Below, piece after piece: positions 21,466 to 30,430 of a stretch of 64,000 nt of DNA. The DNA is from a bacterium (GTDB lineage: Bacteria; Patescibacteriota; Patescibacteriia; UBA10025), in contig JAKAGM010000002.1 of the NCBI GenBank assembly GCA_021815445.1, positions 159,511 to 223,510 on the forward strand, read 5' to 3'. A program made the position numbers and the translations under genes. Within the stretch, counting starts at the first letter, position 1; every line of letters starts with the position of its first letter. The notes under the pieces were generated by a model that was given only the letters and a program-made list of their open reading frames with translations, had not been told where the DNA came from and did not search any database.

Positions 21466-21604
21466 AGCGCAGGCAGAGACGCCTGCGCTGTAGGGTTGTA
21501 TATATCGTCGCGCCCTGGACCTGCCTGCGCGAAGCCGCTTCGGCGAAGGCAGGAAGGGTGCTCTTCGTTATACCAACCGAGCGCACCTTTTCTAAGGTGC
21601 GCGA
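21466..21604. repeat. Cluster of REP-like palindromes (family B, family A doublet, nested insert)
   Basis: AGCGCAGGC-agagac-GCCTGCGCT; TCGCGCCCTGGA[34-bp palindrome]AAGGGTGCTCT; GCGCACCTT-ttct-AAGGTGCGC. Confidence 0.8.
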
Positions 21605-21658
21605 TGCTTTTGCTTATTTCCCAAACGGGGTTGACCCTGCCACTCGCGAGCAGCGGGG

Positions 21659-21687
21659 TTGACAAAACGGCCCATAACGTGTATACT
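21659..21687 (+). promoter_or_regulatory. Promoter of the 400-aa orphan unit
   Basis: TTGACA-17-TATACT. Confidence 0.75.
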
Positions 21688-21911
21688 TTTTTGTTAAATA
21701 AAAACCATGCTTATTTGGCTTCTGCGGGTATGAAGCATACGGGAGGGGGGATTTATGTATCCAACCCCCACATCCATTCATAAGTAGAAGCCAGATTGGC
21801 AACCAAAAAATCACCTTAAAAACTCACAGTTGCTGGGGCGGTCAAAAAGCCAGTCTGGTAGCCCATAACAGCAGCTCGTGAAACACATTTTTCCAGGAAG
21901 GAGGGCGTGCC

Positions 21912-23114
21912 ATGAAAAAGCACACCCAGTTCGTCGTCGCAGTGGCAGTCATTGTGGTTCTCGCCACAACTGTCCTCGGCGTGTCCACCATGGTGCCGAT
22001 GTTGCCGAGCGAGTCCCCAAGGGGTCAGCTCAGTAGCATTAGTCCAGTCAAAGGTCTGTATCTCGAGCAGTTTCGCGAGATGAATCCAAAACAGACAATC
22101 GACAGAATTTGGCTTGACATTTGTGCAATGAATCGGAGCAGATATCCCGATTCAAACAAGGTGCGGCCTGGGGACACGATTCAACTGCCCCTCGGACAAT
22201 ACTACGTTGCGCAGCAGGGAGGAACCGACCACATGTGGCGGGCTGCGTTATGGTTTACTGATGCTCTGGTGATGCCGTATCTGAGGTTCGGTGCCCCTGA
22301 CACCACTCGACCAGTGGCTGTCGAGGTTCAAGGCCCGACAACTCCAAAGGCCAGCAGTGGCATTTCGCCATGGTGGCTACTCATCCTAATACCGGTATTC
22401 ATGTGTGCCGTCTTGATAGATAATCATATCAAACGGGCCAAGAAGTTCGTTGTAAATCCGCCCGGTTTCAGGACGGCCAGTGACTCTGCAGTCCAGGCTA
22501 CCGCCCAAACCGCTCTTAGGAGCGCGTTTGGACCAGCGATTCAAATCGTTGGCAACGTTGAACGGGGTGTCATAAACGGCACCCAGGTAATGTTCAATGC
22601 TGACGGGACATCCCAGACTGAAACTTTTCACAACGAACCTGGGTATCGGGCACGTGTCCGGTTCCCGAACGACCAGGAGCGACTCGTGGTCTGCCGCTGG
22701 GCATGTTTCAATCCCGTCTACAACAGAACTGGATCCGAGTTCAACGGGACCTTCCAAGTGGCGGGCTCGAACACGACAGAGTCTCTGCCACGGATGAGCG
22801 ACGAGCAGGTTGCCTCAGTGCAGCGCAGTATTCGTGAAGCCGATCGATCCGTGGCAGCCAGTGACCTTCCGGTGGTTCCAATGCCCGCCTCAGCTGAGAC
22901 GGCAGCGGTACTTCCGCCGGAAGCGCCGAAGGAAACCGTGCGGCCAGCCGCCGTTTCTTCACCGGAACGATCGGCGACAATTGGACCCGACGGACTGCTG
23001 CACTTCAAGTCGATCCAAATCTCACAAGGTCGATTTACGGCTGAAGGGGATGTGGCAATCACGTTTGAACAGCTGTCTGAATTGGTCGAGCAGTTCACCG
23101 ATCGGAAGCCCTAA
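21912..23114 (+). CDS. Orphan membrane protein with a LysM-like segment
   Basis: SD GGAAGGAGGG; N-terminal hydrophobic helix, N...YPDSNKVRPGDTIQLP (resembles the end of a LysM domain), second TM helix SPWWLLILIP. Confidence 0.7.
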   Translation: MKKHTQFVVAVAVIVVLATTVLGVSTMVPMLPSESPRGQLSSISPVKGLYLEQFREMNPKQTIDRIWLDICAMNRSRYPDSNKVRPGDTIQLPLGQYYVAQQGGTDHMWRAALWFTDALVMPYLRFGAPDTTRPVAVEVQGPTTPKASSGISPWWLLILIPVFMCAVLIDNHIKRAKKFVVNPPGFRTASDSAVQATAQTALRSAFGPAIQIVGNVERGVINGTQVMFNADGTSQTETFHNEPGYRARVRFPNDQERLVVCRWACFNPVYNRTGSEFNGTFQVAGSNTTESLPRMSDEQVASVQRSIREADRSVAASDLPVVPMPASAETAAVLPPEAPKETVRPAAVSSPERSATIGPDGLLHFKSIQISQGRFTAEGDVAITFEQLSELVEQFTDRKP

Positions 23115-23234
23115 ACCGGCCGTGGAAAAGCCCAAGCCCGACGCGCCAGTCGCCCATCCGGACGACCCCGCGCATACTGTGGAGTAATGCTCCTTAATCC
23201 CATCCGTAAGGATGGAGAAAGGTAACGCCTTTCA

Positions 23235-23284
23235 AAACCGTCTGCATCAGAGTGCTCTACTCACTCGCAGACGGTTCTTTTTTT
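23235..23284 (+). terminator. Intrinsic terminator
   Basis: AACCGTCTGC...GCAGACGGTT followed by a T run. Confidence 0.7.
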
Positions 23285-23310
23285 ATGGAAAAAACATGCC
23301 AAACATACCT

Positions 23311-23448
23311 TCGCACCCTAGAGAGGGTGCTCTTTTTGATGTCATTCCGGGCTTGACCCGGAATCCTTACAAACTCTGTAAGGATCCTGAATCCCTGGCC
23401 CGCCTTAGCTGCCGCTAAGGCAGCGGTGCGCGGCAAGTTCAGGATGAC
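23311..23448. repeat. REP-like family A copy plus GTCATT...GATGAC-type palindromic repeat with a nested insert
   Basis: TCGCACCCTAGAGAGGGTGCTCT; GTCATTCCGGGCTTGACCCGGAATCC; GATCCTGAAT[41 bp]CAAGTTCAGGATGAC. Confidence 0.8.
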
Positions 23449-23552
23449 ATAGATGGGTGCGCGACGCCTTAATATCACCATTTGACACCCCTACCCATTG
23501 CGCTAAACTGGGGAGCGCACGCTAAAGCATGCGCTCTAGACGGTTCAATACT

Positions 23553-23936
23553 ATGAACATCATCATCGCCTCAGGACCGGTTATCATCGAAAACGGCAAG
23601 GTGCTCGTGAATAAGCACGGAGACACGGATTTTTGGAAGTTTCCGGGCGGGCGGGTGGAGGATTTTAGCGAGCTTTCCCTCGAAGAACACGCTAAAAGGG
23701 AAGTGAAAGAGGAAATGGGGATGGGGATTGAGATTATCCGGCCGCTTAGCACGCTTATGACCAAAAAAGGCGGAGATGTGGTAGTATTAGTGCATTACCT
23801 GGCGAAGCGTATCGGGGAAGTACAGCTCGGCCCGGATATCCGCGAATGGAAGTGGCTGCCGGTGGATGATTTACCCGATGACGTGGCGCCAAATATCCGG
23901 CCAATAGTGGCGGAGGCAAAGAAGTTGATGCAGTAG
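23553..23936 (+). CDS. NUDIX hydrolase
   Basis: WKFPGGRVE.....LEEHAKREVKEEMG Nudix box. Confidence 0.9.
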   Translation: MNIIIASGPVIIENGKVLVNKHGDTDFWKFPGGRVEDFSELSLEEHAKREVKEEMGMGIEIIRPLSTLMTKKGGDVVVLVHYLAKRIGEVQLGPDIREWKWLPVDDLPDDVAPNIRPIVAEAKKLMQ

Positions 23937-24000
23937 ACACAGGTACGTGTTGTAGGGCAATGCGGGGGATGGTCAACGCTGTGGTGTGCGCGCAAGGCGC

Positions 24001-24037
24001 GAGATTCTTCATTCCGCTGCGCTCCATTCAGAATGAC
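24001..24037. repeat. GTCATT-type palindromic repeat
   Basis: The reverse complement reads GTCATTCTGAATGGAGCGCAGCGGAATGAAGAATCTC. Confidence 0.6.
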
Positions 24038-24120
24038 AAAGTAGGGTGTGCCGAATATTAAGTTGATAGTTGAGGAATGTAAACAGGTAAAAAGAGGAAG
24101 TGGTGGGTAAATAACAATAT

Positions 24121-24999
24121 ATGGATGCAGAGAGAGAAAATAGACTCGGAGGCGAGTTCCGAGAGCTTAAAGCGCTAGAAGTGAGCAGTGGCTCTATTCC
24201 CAGTGCAGAGCACCTGGACCATAATGACGATACTATTTTGATAAATCAGTATATTGATCTTTATGGCGTGCTGGATGGCATGGGCGGCCATAAGGGCGGC
24301 GCTGAAGCCTCTCGTGTAGCTGATGAATCTATTCGACAAACGTATCTCACAAATGTCCTTGACGTCCGACGGCCGTTGTCAGTGGCCGAGGAAAAAGAAG
24401 TGATGAAAGCGGCTATAGGTAAGGCTCACCTTGATGTACTCGCGGCGTCAAAAACAAAAAAGGAGCTTGCTGGAATGGGCACGACAGCCTCAGTCGTGCG
24501 TTTTATGAAGGGTGAAGCAGGGACACGCAAAGCGATTATCGGCAATGTGGGCGACAGCCGCGTCTACCGTTTTTCGGGTGGTCGCCTCGAGCAGATCACT
24601 GAAGACGATGACTTAAGCCACGATATGATTCCGGATGATGACGTCAGGCGGCGAACGGTGCAGGCCGAGGTCAGCAATGCTACCAGTTTAGCGTCGATGA
24701 GCCCAGACGCCCAGGCGGTATTCAAAGAGCGGAATGTGATCACCCAAGCTCTCGGCGGCAGTAGGAAGATTGAGCCACATATCTTAACTGTTAACATCAA
24801 CTCTGGTGATTTCCTGCTGATCACCTCAGATGGCATTCACGATAATCTCACGGAGAATGATATCGGAGCGATTCTTCAATCCGCACAGTCTACTGGAGAT
24901 GCTAAAGACCAATTAATCGGTCGTGCCCGCGCAGTGAGCGAAGAGCGGTCATTTCGTTCAAAGCGGGATGATATGAGCTGTCTAGTAATAGCAAGTTAA
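24121..24999 (+). CDS. PP2C-family Ser/Thr protein phosphatase
   Basis: NDD, LDGMGGH.GG, GMGTT, NVGDSRVY, RNVITQALG, TSDGI, DDMS. Confidence 0.92.
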   Translation: MDAERENRLGGEFRELKALEVSSGSIPSAEHLDHNDDTILINQYIDLYGVLDGMGGHKGGAEASRVADESIRQTYLTNVLDVRRPLSVAEEKEVMKAAIGKAHLDVLAASKTKKELAGMGTTASVVRFMKGEAGTRKAIIGNVGDSRVYRFSGGRLEQITEDDDLSHDMIPDDDVRRRTVQAEVSNATSLASMSPDAQAVFKERNVITQALGGSRKIEPHILTVNINSGDFLLITSDGIHDNLTENDIGAILQSAQSTGDAKDQLIGRARAVSEERSFRSKRDDMSCLVIAS

Positions 25000-25127
25000 G
25001 AATGTCGGGCATGTGGGTGGGGGCATCAATATATATTGAGATACCGTTTGATCTTGTGAAGCAATCTGTTATCATGATGCCATGATCTAGCGAAATACAA
25101 TTTATTACTGGCAACGCTGAATGTTTG

Positions 25128-25317
25128 GCGTTGTTGGTTTTTTAATCTCCATTCCGGACTTGCCCGTCCGCCTCTGGAGGAATCTGGAATCCCGATGTGA
25201 CAGCAACAGCGAGATCTTGAATCCCGCCAGAGGCGTATTCAGGATGGTGAAGAACAGTTGTTCGTGCGACGCTTGCGCGTCGAGGTCCTTCGTTCAGCTG
25301 AGCTGGACTCAGGATGG
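25128..25317. repeat. Degenerate nested palindromic repeats
   Basis: ATTCCGGACTTG[CCCGTCCGCCTCTGGAGGA]ATCTGGAATC; GATCTTGAAT[CCCGCCAGAGGCG]TATTCAGGATG; GAGGTCCTTCGTTCAGCTGAGCTGGACTCAGGATG. Confidence 0.55.
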
Positions 25318-25416
25318 TAACCGATTACTCGGATTTTTGATAGTATAAATGTTCTTTTCAAATAGAAAAAAGGCGCACATGAAGACGTGCGCCGGTGGAT
25401 GGGATGTTCTGCTCAA

Positions 25417-26532
25417 TCAGAGGACAAGTGGTCCTTTGGGCAGGCTGCTCAGAGGCAGAAAGCCGGTGATTGACATGACGCCAGTATTCTCGATTCTGAC
25501 GCCGTATTTGCCGGGGAGATAGATTCCCGGTTCGATGGAAAACACCATGCCCTCCTTGACCACGTTCTTGCCTAGAGCGGCGGGTGTCACGTGCGGCTTC
25601 TCGTGCTCATCAAGCCCGACGCCGTGGCCGGTACTGTGCGTGAACCACTCGCCGTACCCCGCTTCCCTGATGATGTCGCGCGCGATTCCGTCGATTTCCC
25701 GGCCGGTCATGCCCGGGCGAGCTTGTTTCTCTGCGGCTGTCTGGGCCGCCAAGACAATGTTGTAAATGCGGAGCTTTTCCGGACTCGGCTTGCCGACGAA
25801 GACTGTCCGCGTGGTATCCGTGTGGTACCCGTTGACGACACATCCGAAGTCCACGGTGACCATGTCGCCTTTGCGGATCTTCCTCCCGGTAACACGGGCG
25901 TGCGGAACCGCGCCGTTCTGGCCGCTCGCCACAATTGTCGAGAACGATAACTCGTCGGCGCCGGACAGCCGGCGCAGATGTGCGTTGAGTCGCTGGGCGA
26001 TTTCTTGTTCGGTCACTCCGGGCTTGATGTATCCGACCGTACTTAGGAATGCCTCATCCGAAAAAGCGAACGCTTTGCGCATGATCGCGATCTCCGCAGG
26101 GGACTTGATGCTCCGGACGACAACGAGAATATCGGGGACCCCTTTTACCCTGATGCCGCGCTTTCTCCCGGCTTTCTGGAGCGCCAGCGCGAAATGTTGC
26201 GGGATAAGGTCGCTGTTTTTTTCGAAGCCCAGTACGGCGCCTTTTGGCACATGTTTCAGGATCTCGTCTCCGGGATTCTTTCGGTCCCAGATGATCGTCC
26301 GCAGACGTTTATGCTTGGCGGTAACGCGTTCGACAGTGCCTGTGTACCGGTTGTCTGTGAAAATGATCACATCCGACGGTCTGATTAGGACGACCATATC
26401 GCCGGCTGAATGGGCGGTGACGCCCGTCAGGTAGAGGGCGCTGGCCGGGTCTCTGGTGACCAGGCAGTTTACGCCCGCAGCTTTACAGCGCTCACTGATC
26501 TTGGCTAATGTACTTTTAAGATCAATATTCAT
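25417..26532 (-). CDS. Xaa-Pro aminopeptidase (M24 family)
   Basis: RSIKSPAEI, SFSTIVASG.NGAVPH, DFG...GYHTDTTRT, HSTGHGVGLDEHE, FSIEPGIY, GVRIE; SD GGAGGGAG; own promoter TTGACA-18-TAAGTT and terminator near 25365-25395. Confidence 0.93.
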   Translation of the reverse strand: MNIDLKSTLAKISERCKAAGVNCLVTRDPASALYLTGVTAHSAGDMVVLIRPSDVIIFTDNRYTGTVERVTAKHKRLRTIIWDRKNPGDEILKHVPKGAVLGFEKNSDLIPQHFALALQKAGRKRGIRVKGVPDILVVVRSIKSPAEIAIMRKAFAFSDEAFLSTVGYIKPGVTEQEIAQRLNAHLRRLSGADELSFSTIVASGQNGAVPHARVTGRKIRKGDMVTVDFGCVVNGYHTDTTRTVFVGKPSPEKLRIYNIVLAAQTAAEKQARPGMTGREIDGIARDIIREAGYGEWFTHSTGHGVGLDEHEKPHVTPAALGKNVVKEGMVFSIEPGIYLPGKYGVRIENTGVMSITGFLPLSSLPKGPLVL

Positions 26533-26659
26533 ACTCCCTCCGTGGTTAACGTGTTTCGCGTTTGGTTTCACAAGGTTAAATTAACTTATCAAGAAATAGT
26601 CCGGTTTGTCAATGAAATGAGAAGATGACATTTAATCACTTTTAATCTATAATATCCCT

Positions 26660-27943
26660 ATGATGCTCCAAAAATCAGATAACGAAGTTTACACAATCAT
26701 TCAAAAAGAACTCGAACGCCAGCGCAAGGTGCTCGAGATGATTCCGTCGGAAAACTTTACCAGTGTGGCGGTGATTGAAGCGCTCGGCACCGTGCTGACC
26801 AACAAATATTCCGAAGGATATCCCGGGAGACGGTATTACGGCGGCAATGAGTTTATCGATGACATTGAGAACCTTGCCCGCGACCGGGCAAAAAAGTTGT
26901 TCGGGGTAGAGTATGCTAATGTCCAGCCGTATTCCGGTTCTCCCGCAAACCAGGCGGTCTATTTCGCGTTGCTTAAACCCGGCGACACAGTTTTAGGCAT
27001 GGATCTCGCTATGGGAGGGCATTTGACCCATGGATACAAACTAAATTTCTCTGGAAAATATTACCATGCTGTCGCCTATGGCGTAGACCAGACAACCAGC
27101 CTGATCGATTACGACCAGGTTCGTGAGATTGCCCTGAGAGAGCGGCCCAAGATGATCATTGCAGGAGCCACTGCGTATCCACGGAAGTTTGATTTTGCAA
27201 AATTCGCCGAGATCGCGCATGAAGTAGATGCGTATCTCCTGGTTGATATGTCCCATATTACCGGCCTGATAATTGCCGGCGTCCATCCGTCGCCTGTTCC
27301 GCATGCGGACGTTATCATGACGACTACCCATAAGACATTGCGCGGGCCGCGCGGCGCAATGATACTTGCCACGAAGCTTGCCGACCGCCTGCATGATGTT
27401 TTTCGCCCTGAATCTAAGAAGGATTTAGGGGGATTGATTGACAGCGCCATTATTCCCGGTCTGCAGGGCGGGCCGCACAATCATCAGACCGCCGCTATTG
27501 CCGTCTGTCTCAAAGAGGCCATGGAACCTTCATTCATCGAGTACGGCAGGCACATACAAAAAAACGCTGCTGCATTGGCCGAAGAGCTTGTTGCTCACGG
27601 GATGACCCTAGTGACCGGAGGCACCGATAATCATCTGGTGCTAGTCGATGTAACGCCGCAGGGGATTCCGGGCAAACAGGCCGAGGAGCTCTTAGATTCC
27701 GTCGGAATTACTGTAAACAAAAATCTCATCCCCTATGACAAACGGAAGGCGATGGATCCCTCAGGCATCCGCTTGGGGACGCCAGCGCTTACCACGAGGG
27801 GGTTCACCGAAGCTGATATGAAAGTCGTTGCCGGATTGATCGCGGATGTCGTAACCCATCCGTCTGATGAAGCTGTTTTGGACCGTGTCCGTTCAAAAGT
27901 AGCCGAGCTAACCTCTGCACATCCGCTGTATCCTGAGTTATGA
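26660..27943 (+). CDS. glyA: Serine hydroxymethyltransferase
   Basis: SENF, NKYSEGYPG.RYYGG, GGHLTHG, TTTHKTLRGPRG, SGIRLGTPA. Confidence 0.98.
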   Translation: MMLQKSDNEVYTIIQKELERQRKVLEMIPSENFTSVAVIEALGTVLTNKYSEGYPGRRYYGGNEFIDDIENLARDRAKKLFGVEYANVQPYSGSPANQAVYFALLKPGDTVLGMDLAMGGHLTHGYKLNFSGKYYHAVAYGVDQTTSLIDYDQVREIALRERPKMIIAGATAYPRKFDFAKFAEIAHEVDAYLLVDMSHITGLIIAGVHPSPVPHADVIMTTTHKTLRGPRGAMILATKLADRLHDVFRPESKKDLGGLIDSAIIPGLQGGPHNHQTAAIAVCLKEAMEPSFIEYGRHIQKNAAALAEELVAHGMTLVTGGTDNHLVLVDVTPQGIPGKQAEELLDSVGITVNKNLIPYDKRKAMDPSGIRLGTPALTTRGFTEADMKVVAGLIADVVTHPSDEAVLDRVRSKVAELTSAHPLYPEL

Positions 27944-28776
27944 AGCTTATCGACGGCAAGGGCATGGCCGATGGAATCCTCAGCGATATTCGTATGCAGA
28001 TTTCACGGATGTTTCGCGCACCCGGTCTCGCAATAGTGCTCGTTGGCGATGACCCCGCTTCACATACGTATGTCAAGCTCAAGGAGCAGGCGGCATCGCG
28101 CGTAGGGATGCATTTCGAAAAGTTTGTCCATCCCGCGGATGCGGATGAAACGAGCATTCTTGAAACCATCTCGGAACTTAATGCCCGGGAAGATATCCAC
28201 GGCATTATCGTCCAGCTTCCGCTTCCAAAAAATCTGCCTACTGACCGTATTATCGAACACATCGCACCTGAAAAAGACGTCGACGGGTTTCATCCGGAAA
28301 ATCTCAGGCTCCTCTCCCTCGGCCGGGAGCGGCTGGTACCGAGCCTTGTCCGGAGTGTTATGCGCCTTATCCAGTCTACGAATTTCGCATTCGAAGGCGC
28401 GCGAACGGCCATTATAGCGAACAGTGATACGTTTGCCAAACCTTTTGACATCATCCTACAAAAAAAGGGGATGAAAGTCGACACCTGCCTGCCGCCGTTT
28501 ATCGACAGCGAACCGATTACCCGCTCTGCCGACCTTATCATCATCGCCATCGGCCGTCCCGGCTTTCTCACCCGATCCGTAATAAAGAAGAATGCCGTGC
28601 TTGTCGACGTCGGTTTTACACGGGAAAAAGACGGTACAGTACGCGGTGATATTGACCGTGCCTCTGTTGAACCCGTTGCCGGTTGGCTGACTCCCGTGCC
28701 GGGCGGGGTGGGACCGATGACCGTCGCCATGCTGCTGGCGAATACCCTTGATGCCTGCAGGCTCCAAACAGTATGA
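27940..28776 (+). CDS. folD: Methylenetetrahydrofolate dehydrogenase/cyclohydrolase
   Basis: YVKLK, IHGIIVQLPLP, KDVDGFH, TPVPGGVGPMT. Confidence 0.96.
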   Translation: MKLIDGKGMADGILSDIRMQISRMFRAPGLAIVLVGDDPASHTYVKLKEQAASRVGMHFEKFVHPADADETSILETISELNAREDIHGIIVQLPLPKNLPTDRIIEHIAPEKDVDGFHPENLRLLSLGRERLVPSLVRSVMRLIQSTNFAFEGARTAIIANSDTFAKPFDIILQKKGMKVDTCLPPFIDSEPITRSADLIIIAIGRPGFLTRSVIKKNAVLVDVGFTREKDGTVRGDIDRASVEPVAGWLTPVPGGVGPMTVAMLLANTLDACRLQTV

Positions 28777-29273
28777 AAACATTCGCCTTTTGCCCGTTGT
28801 GCGCAGCTCGGTTTAAGACTAAAGTCATCGGCGGGACCAAGCGTCTCTACTGCCCGAATTGCGGGTATGTCTTTTATCGCAATGCGACTCCAGCGGTCTC
28901 AGCGCTCGTACTCCATGAACATAAGATACTCTTGGTGCGCCGGGCCGTGTTCCCGAGAAAAGGATGGTGGGATGTTCCCGGCGGGTTTGTCGAACTGCGC
29001 GAAGATCCCGTGCATGCGATGAAAAGGGAGTTCAAGGAAGAACTCGGAGTTGACGCGAAGGTAGAAAGATTACTGGGGATCTTTATCGACACGTACTACG
29101 TTGAGGTGGGGCCTCCCAGCAAGGTTTTAAATATCTATTACTCGGTCAGTTGCCGGAATAAACGTTTCACTCCCGCTGATGACATTTCAAAAGCGAGATG
29201 GTTTCCCCTGTCGTCACTGCCCGCCCGTATCGCATTTAAACATATTCACCGCGCGATCAGGAAGTGGGCCTGA
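28773..29273 (+). CDS. NUDIX hydrolase with N-terminal Zn ribbon
   Basis: FCPLC...YCPNCG, PGGFVE..E....AMKREFKEELG. Confidence 0.9.
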   Translation: MKTFAFCPLCAARFKTKVIGGTKRLYCPNCGYVFYRNATPAVSALVLHEHKILLVRRAVFPRKGWWDVPGGFVELREDPVHAMKREFKEELGVDAKVERLLGIFIDTYYVEVGPPSKVLNIYYSVSCRNKRFTPADDISKARWFPLSSLPARIAFKHIHRAIRKWA

Positions 29274-29353
29274 GGGGACATCTATAGAAATTCAAAACGT
29301 CGCCCGACACTATTGCGTTCGGGCGGCGTTGGCAGTAATTACATGAGGGGGTA

Positions 29354-30355
29354 TTAGAGTTTTCCCGGTCCGTTTGGATTGTAGCCGTTTTGAACTTCAA
29401 AACCGTCCTTGTATCCGTCGCCATCGGTGTCGGGATTGTTCGGATTGGTGCCGTACAGCGCTTCCTGCTGGTCGGTAAGACCGTCGTTGTCGCTGTCGAG
29501 CGCTGAAGCATTCACAGTCGAATTAGTCGTCGTGCCGCACGCGATCTGAGCGCTGGTAAGTTTCCCGGGACCGTTAGGGTTGTAACCGTTCGCCACCTCA
29601 AAGCCGTCCTTGTATCCGTCGCCATCGGTGTCGGGATTGTTCGGATTGGTGCCGTAACATGCCTCCTGCAGATTAGTCAGCCCGTCGTTGTCGCTGTCGA
29701 GCGACGCGGCATTCACGTTGCTAGTGTTTACCGGTGAATTGGTAAGGCTATTTGTGACCGCATTCATATTTACTCCCGTGTTCGTAATTGCTTGATTTGT
29801 CACGCTGTTACTGATAGAGTTCGAAATAGCATTAAAGAGACTCGCCTCATTGATAGCGGAGTTTGTATTCACTCCGCTGAGATTGCTGTTTGTCCGGTTT
29901 ACCAAAACATTGCTCAGGATGTTAGTTGCCGGTTGCGTGTTGACGTTGGTGTTGGCCTTAGTGTTCGTTCCGACGTTGGCATTGTTTGTTATAACGCGAT
30001 TTTTCAAAATGACAGCCGCAGCTGCTATAAGTCCGCCTAGCACGAGAAGTACAATAACCGTTATGATAATAAATTTACGCTTTCCGCCCGGTGTAGGGTT
30101 CGTCGCGCCAAGAGGGGTAGGCATCACGCTCGGAGGAGGCGTCTGGCCCAGTGTTCGCATAATCTCCTGTTGCTCGGGACTTGCGGCGTTCATAGTCATA
30201 GCGGGCGCCTTCGGTTTCCATGGACCCCAATCTCTCCGTGCTTCTGCCTGAGGCATTGCCGGAGTCTGAGGCATGGGAGGTATTTGCGGCCTTTGTACGG
30301 GCCTGGGTGGGACCATACCAGATGGTTGAGGACGCGGCTGAACGTTTTCAAACAT
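29354..30355 (-). CDS. Membrane-anchored Asn/Thr-rich surface protein with two Asp-rich (TSP3-like) Ca-binding modules
   Basis: Pro-rich N-terminus, one TM helix, N/T-rich stalk, 2x DSDNDGLT..QEA.YGTNPNNPDTDGDGYKDGFEV.NGYNPNGPGKL. Confidence 0.8.
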   Translation of the reverse strand: MFENVQPRPQPSGMVPPRPVQRPQIPPMPQTPAMPQAEARRDWGPWKPKAPAMTMNAASPEQQEIMRTLGQTPPPSVMPTPLGATNPTPGGKRKFIIITVIVLLVLGGLIAAAAVILKNRVITNNANVGTNTKANTNVNTQPATNILSNVLVNRTNSNLSGVNTNSAINEASLFNAISNSISNSVTNQAITNTGVNMNAVTNSLTNSPVNTSNVNAASLDSDNDGLTNLQEACYGTNPNNPDTDGDGYKDGFEVANGYNPNGPGKLTSAQIACGTTTNSTVNASALDSDNDGLTDQQEALYGTNPNNPDTDGDGYKDGFEVQNGYNPNGPGKL

Positions 30356-30430
30356 ACGGTTGTTATTTACTGTTAATACGGGTAGTATACAACAAAGGGC
30401 CGATATTTACAAGCATAACTTATTTACCGC

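Noticed and set aside
29354-29715. Possible DGR template/variable repeat pair
   Set aside because: Both copies are in one CDS, the differences are not adenine-specific, and there is no reverse transcriptase in the window.
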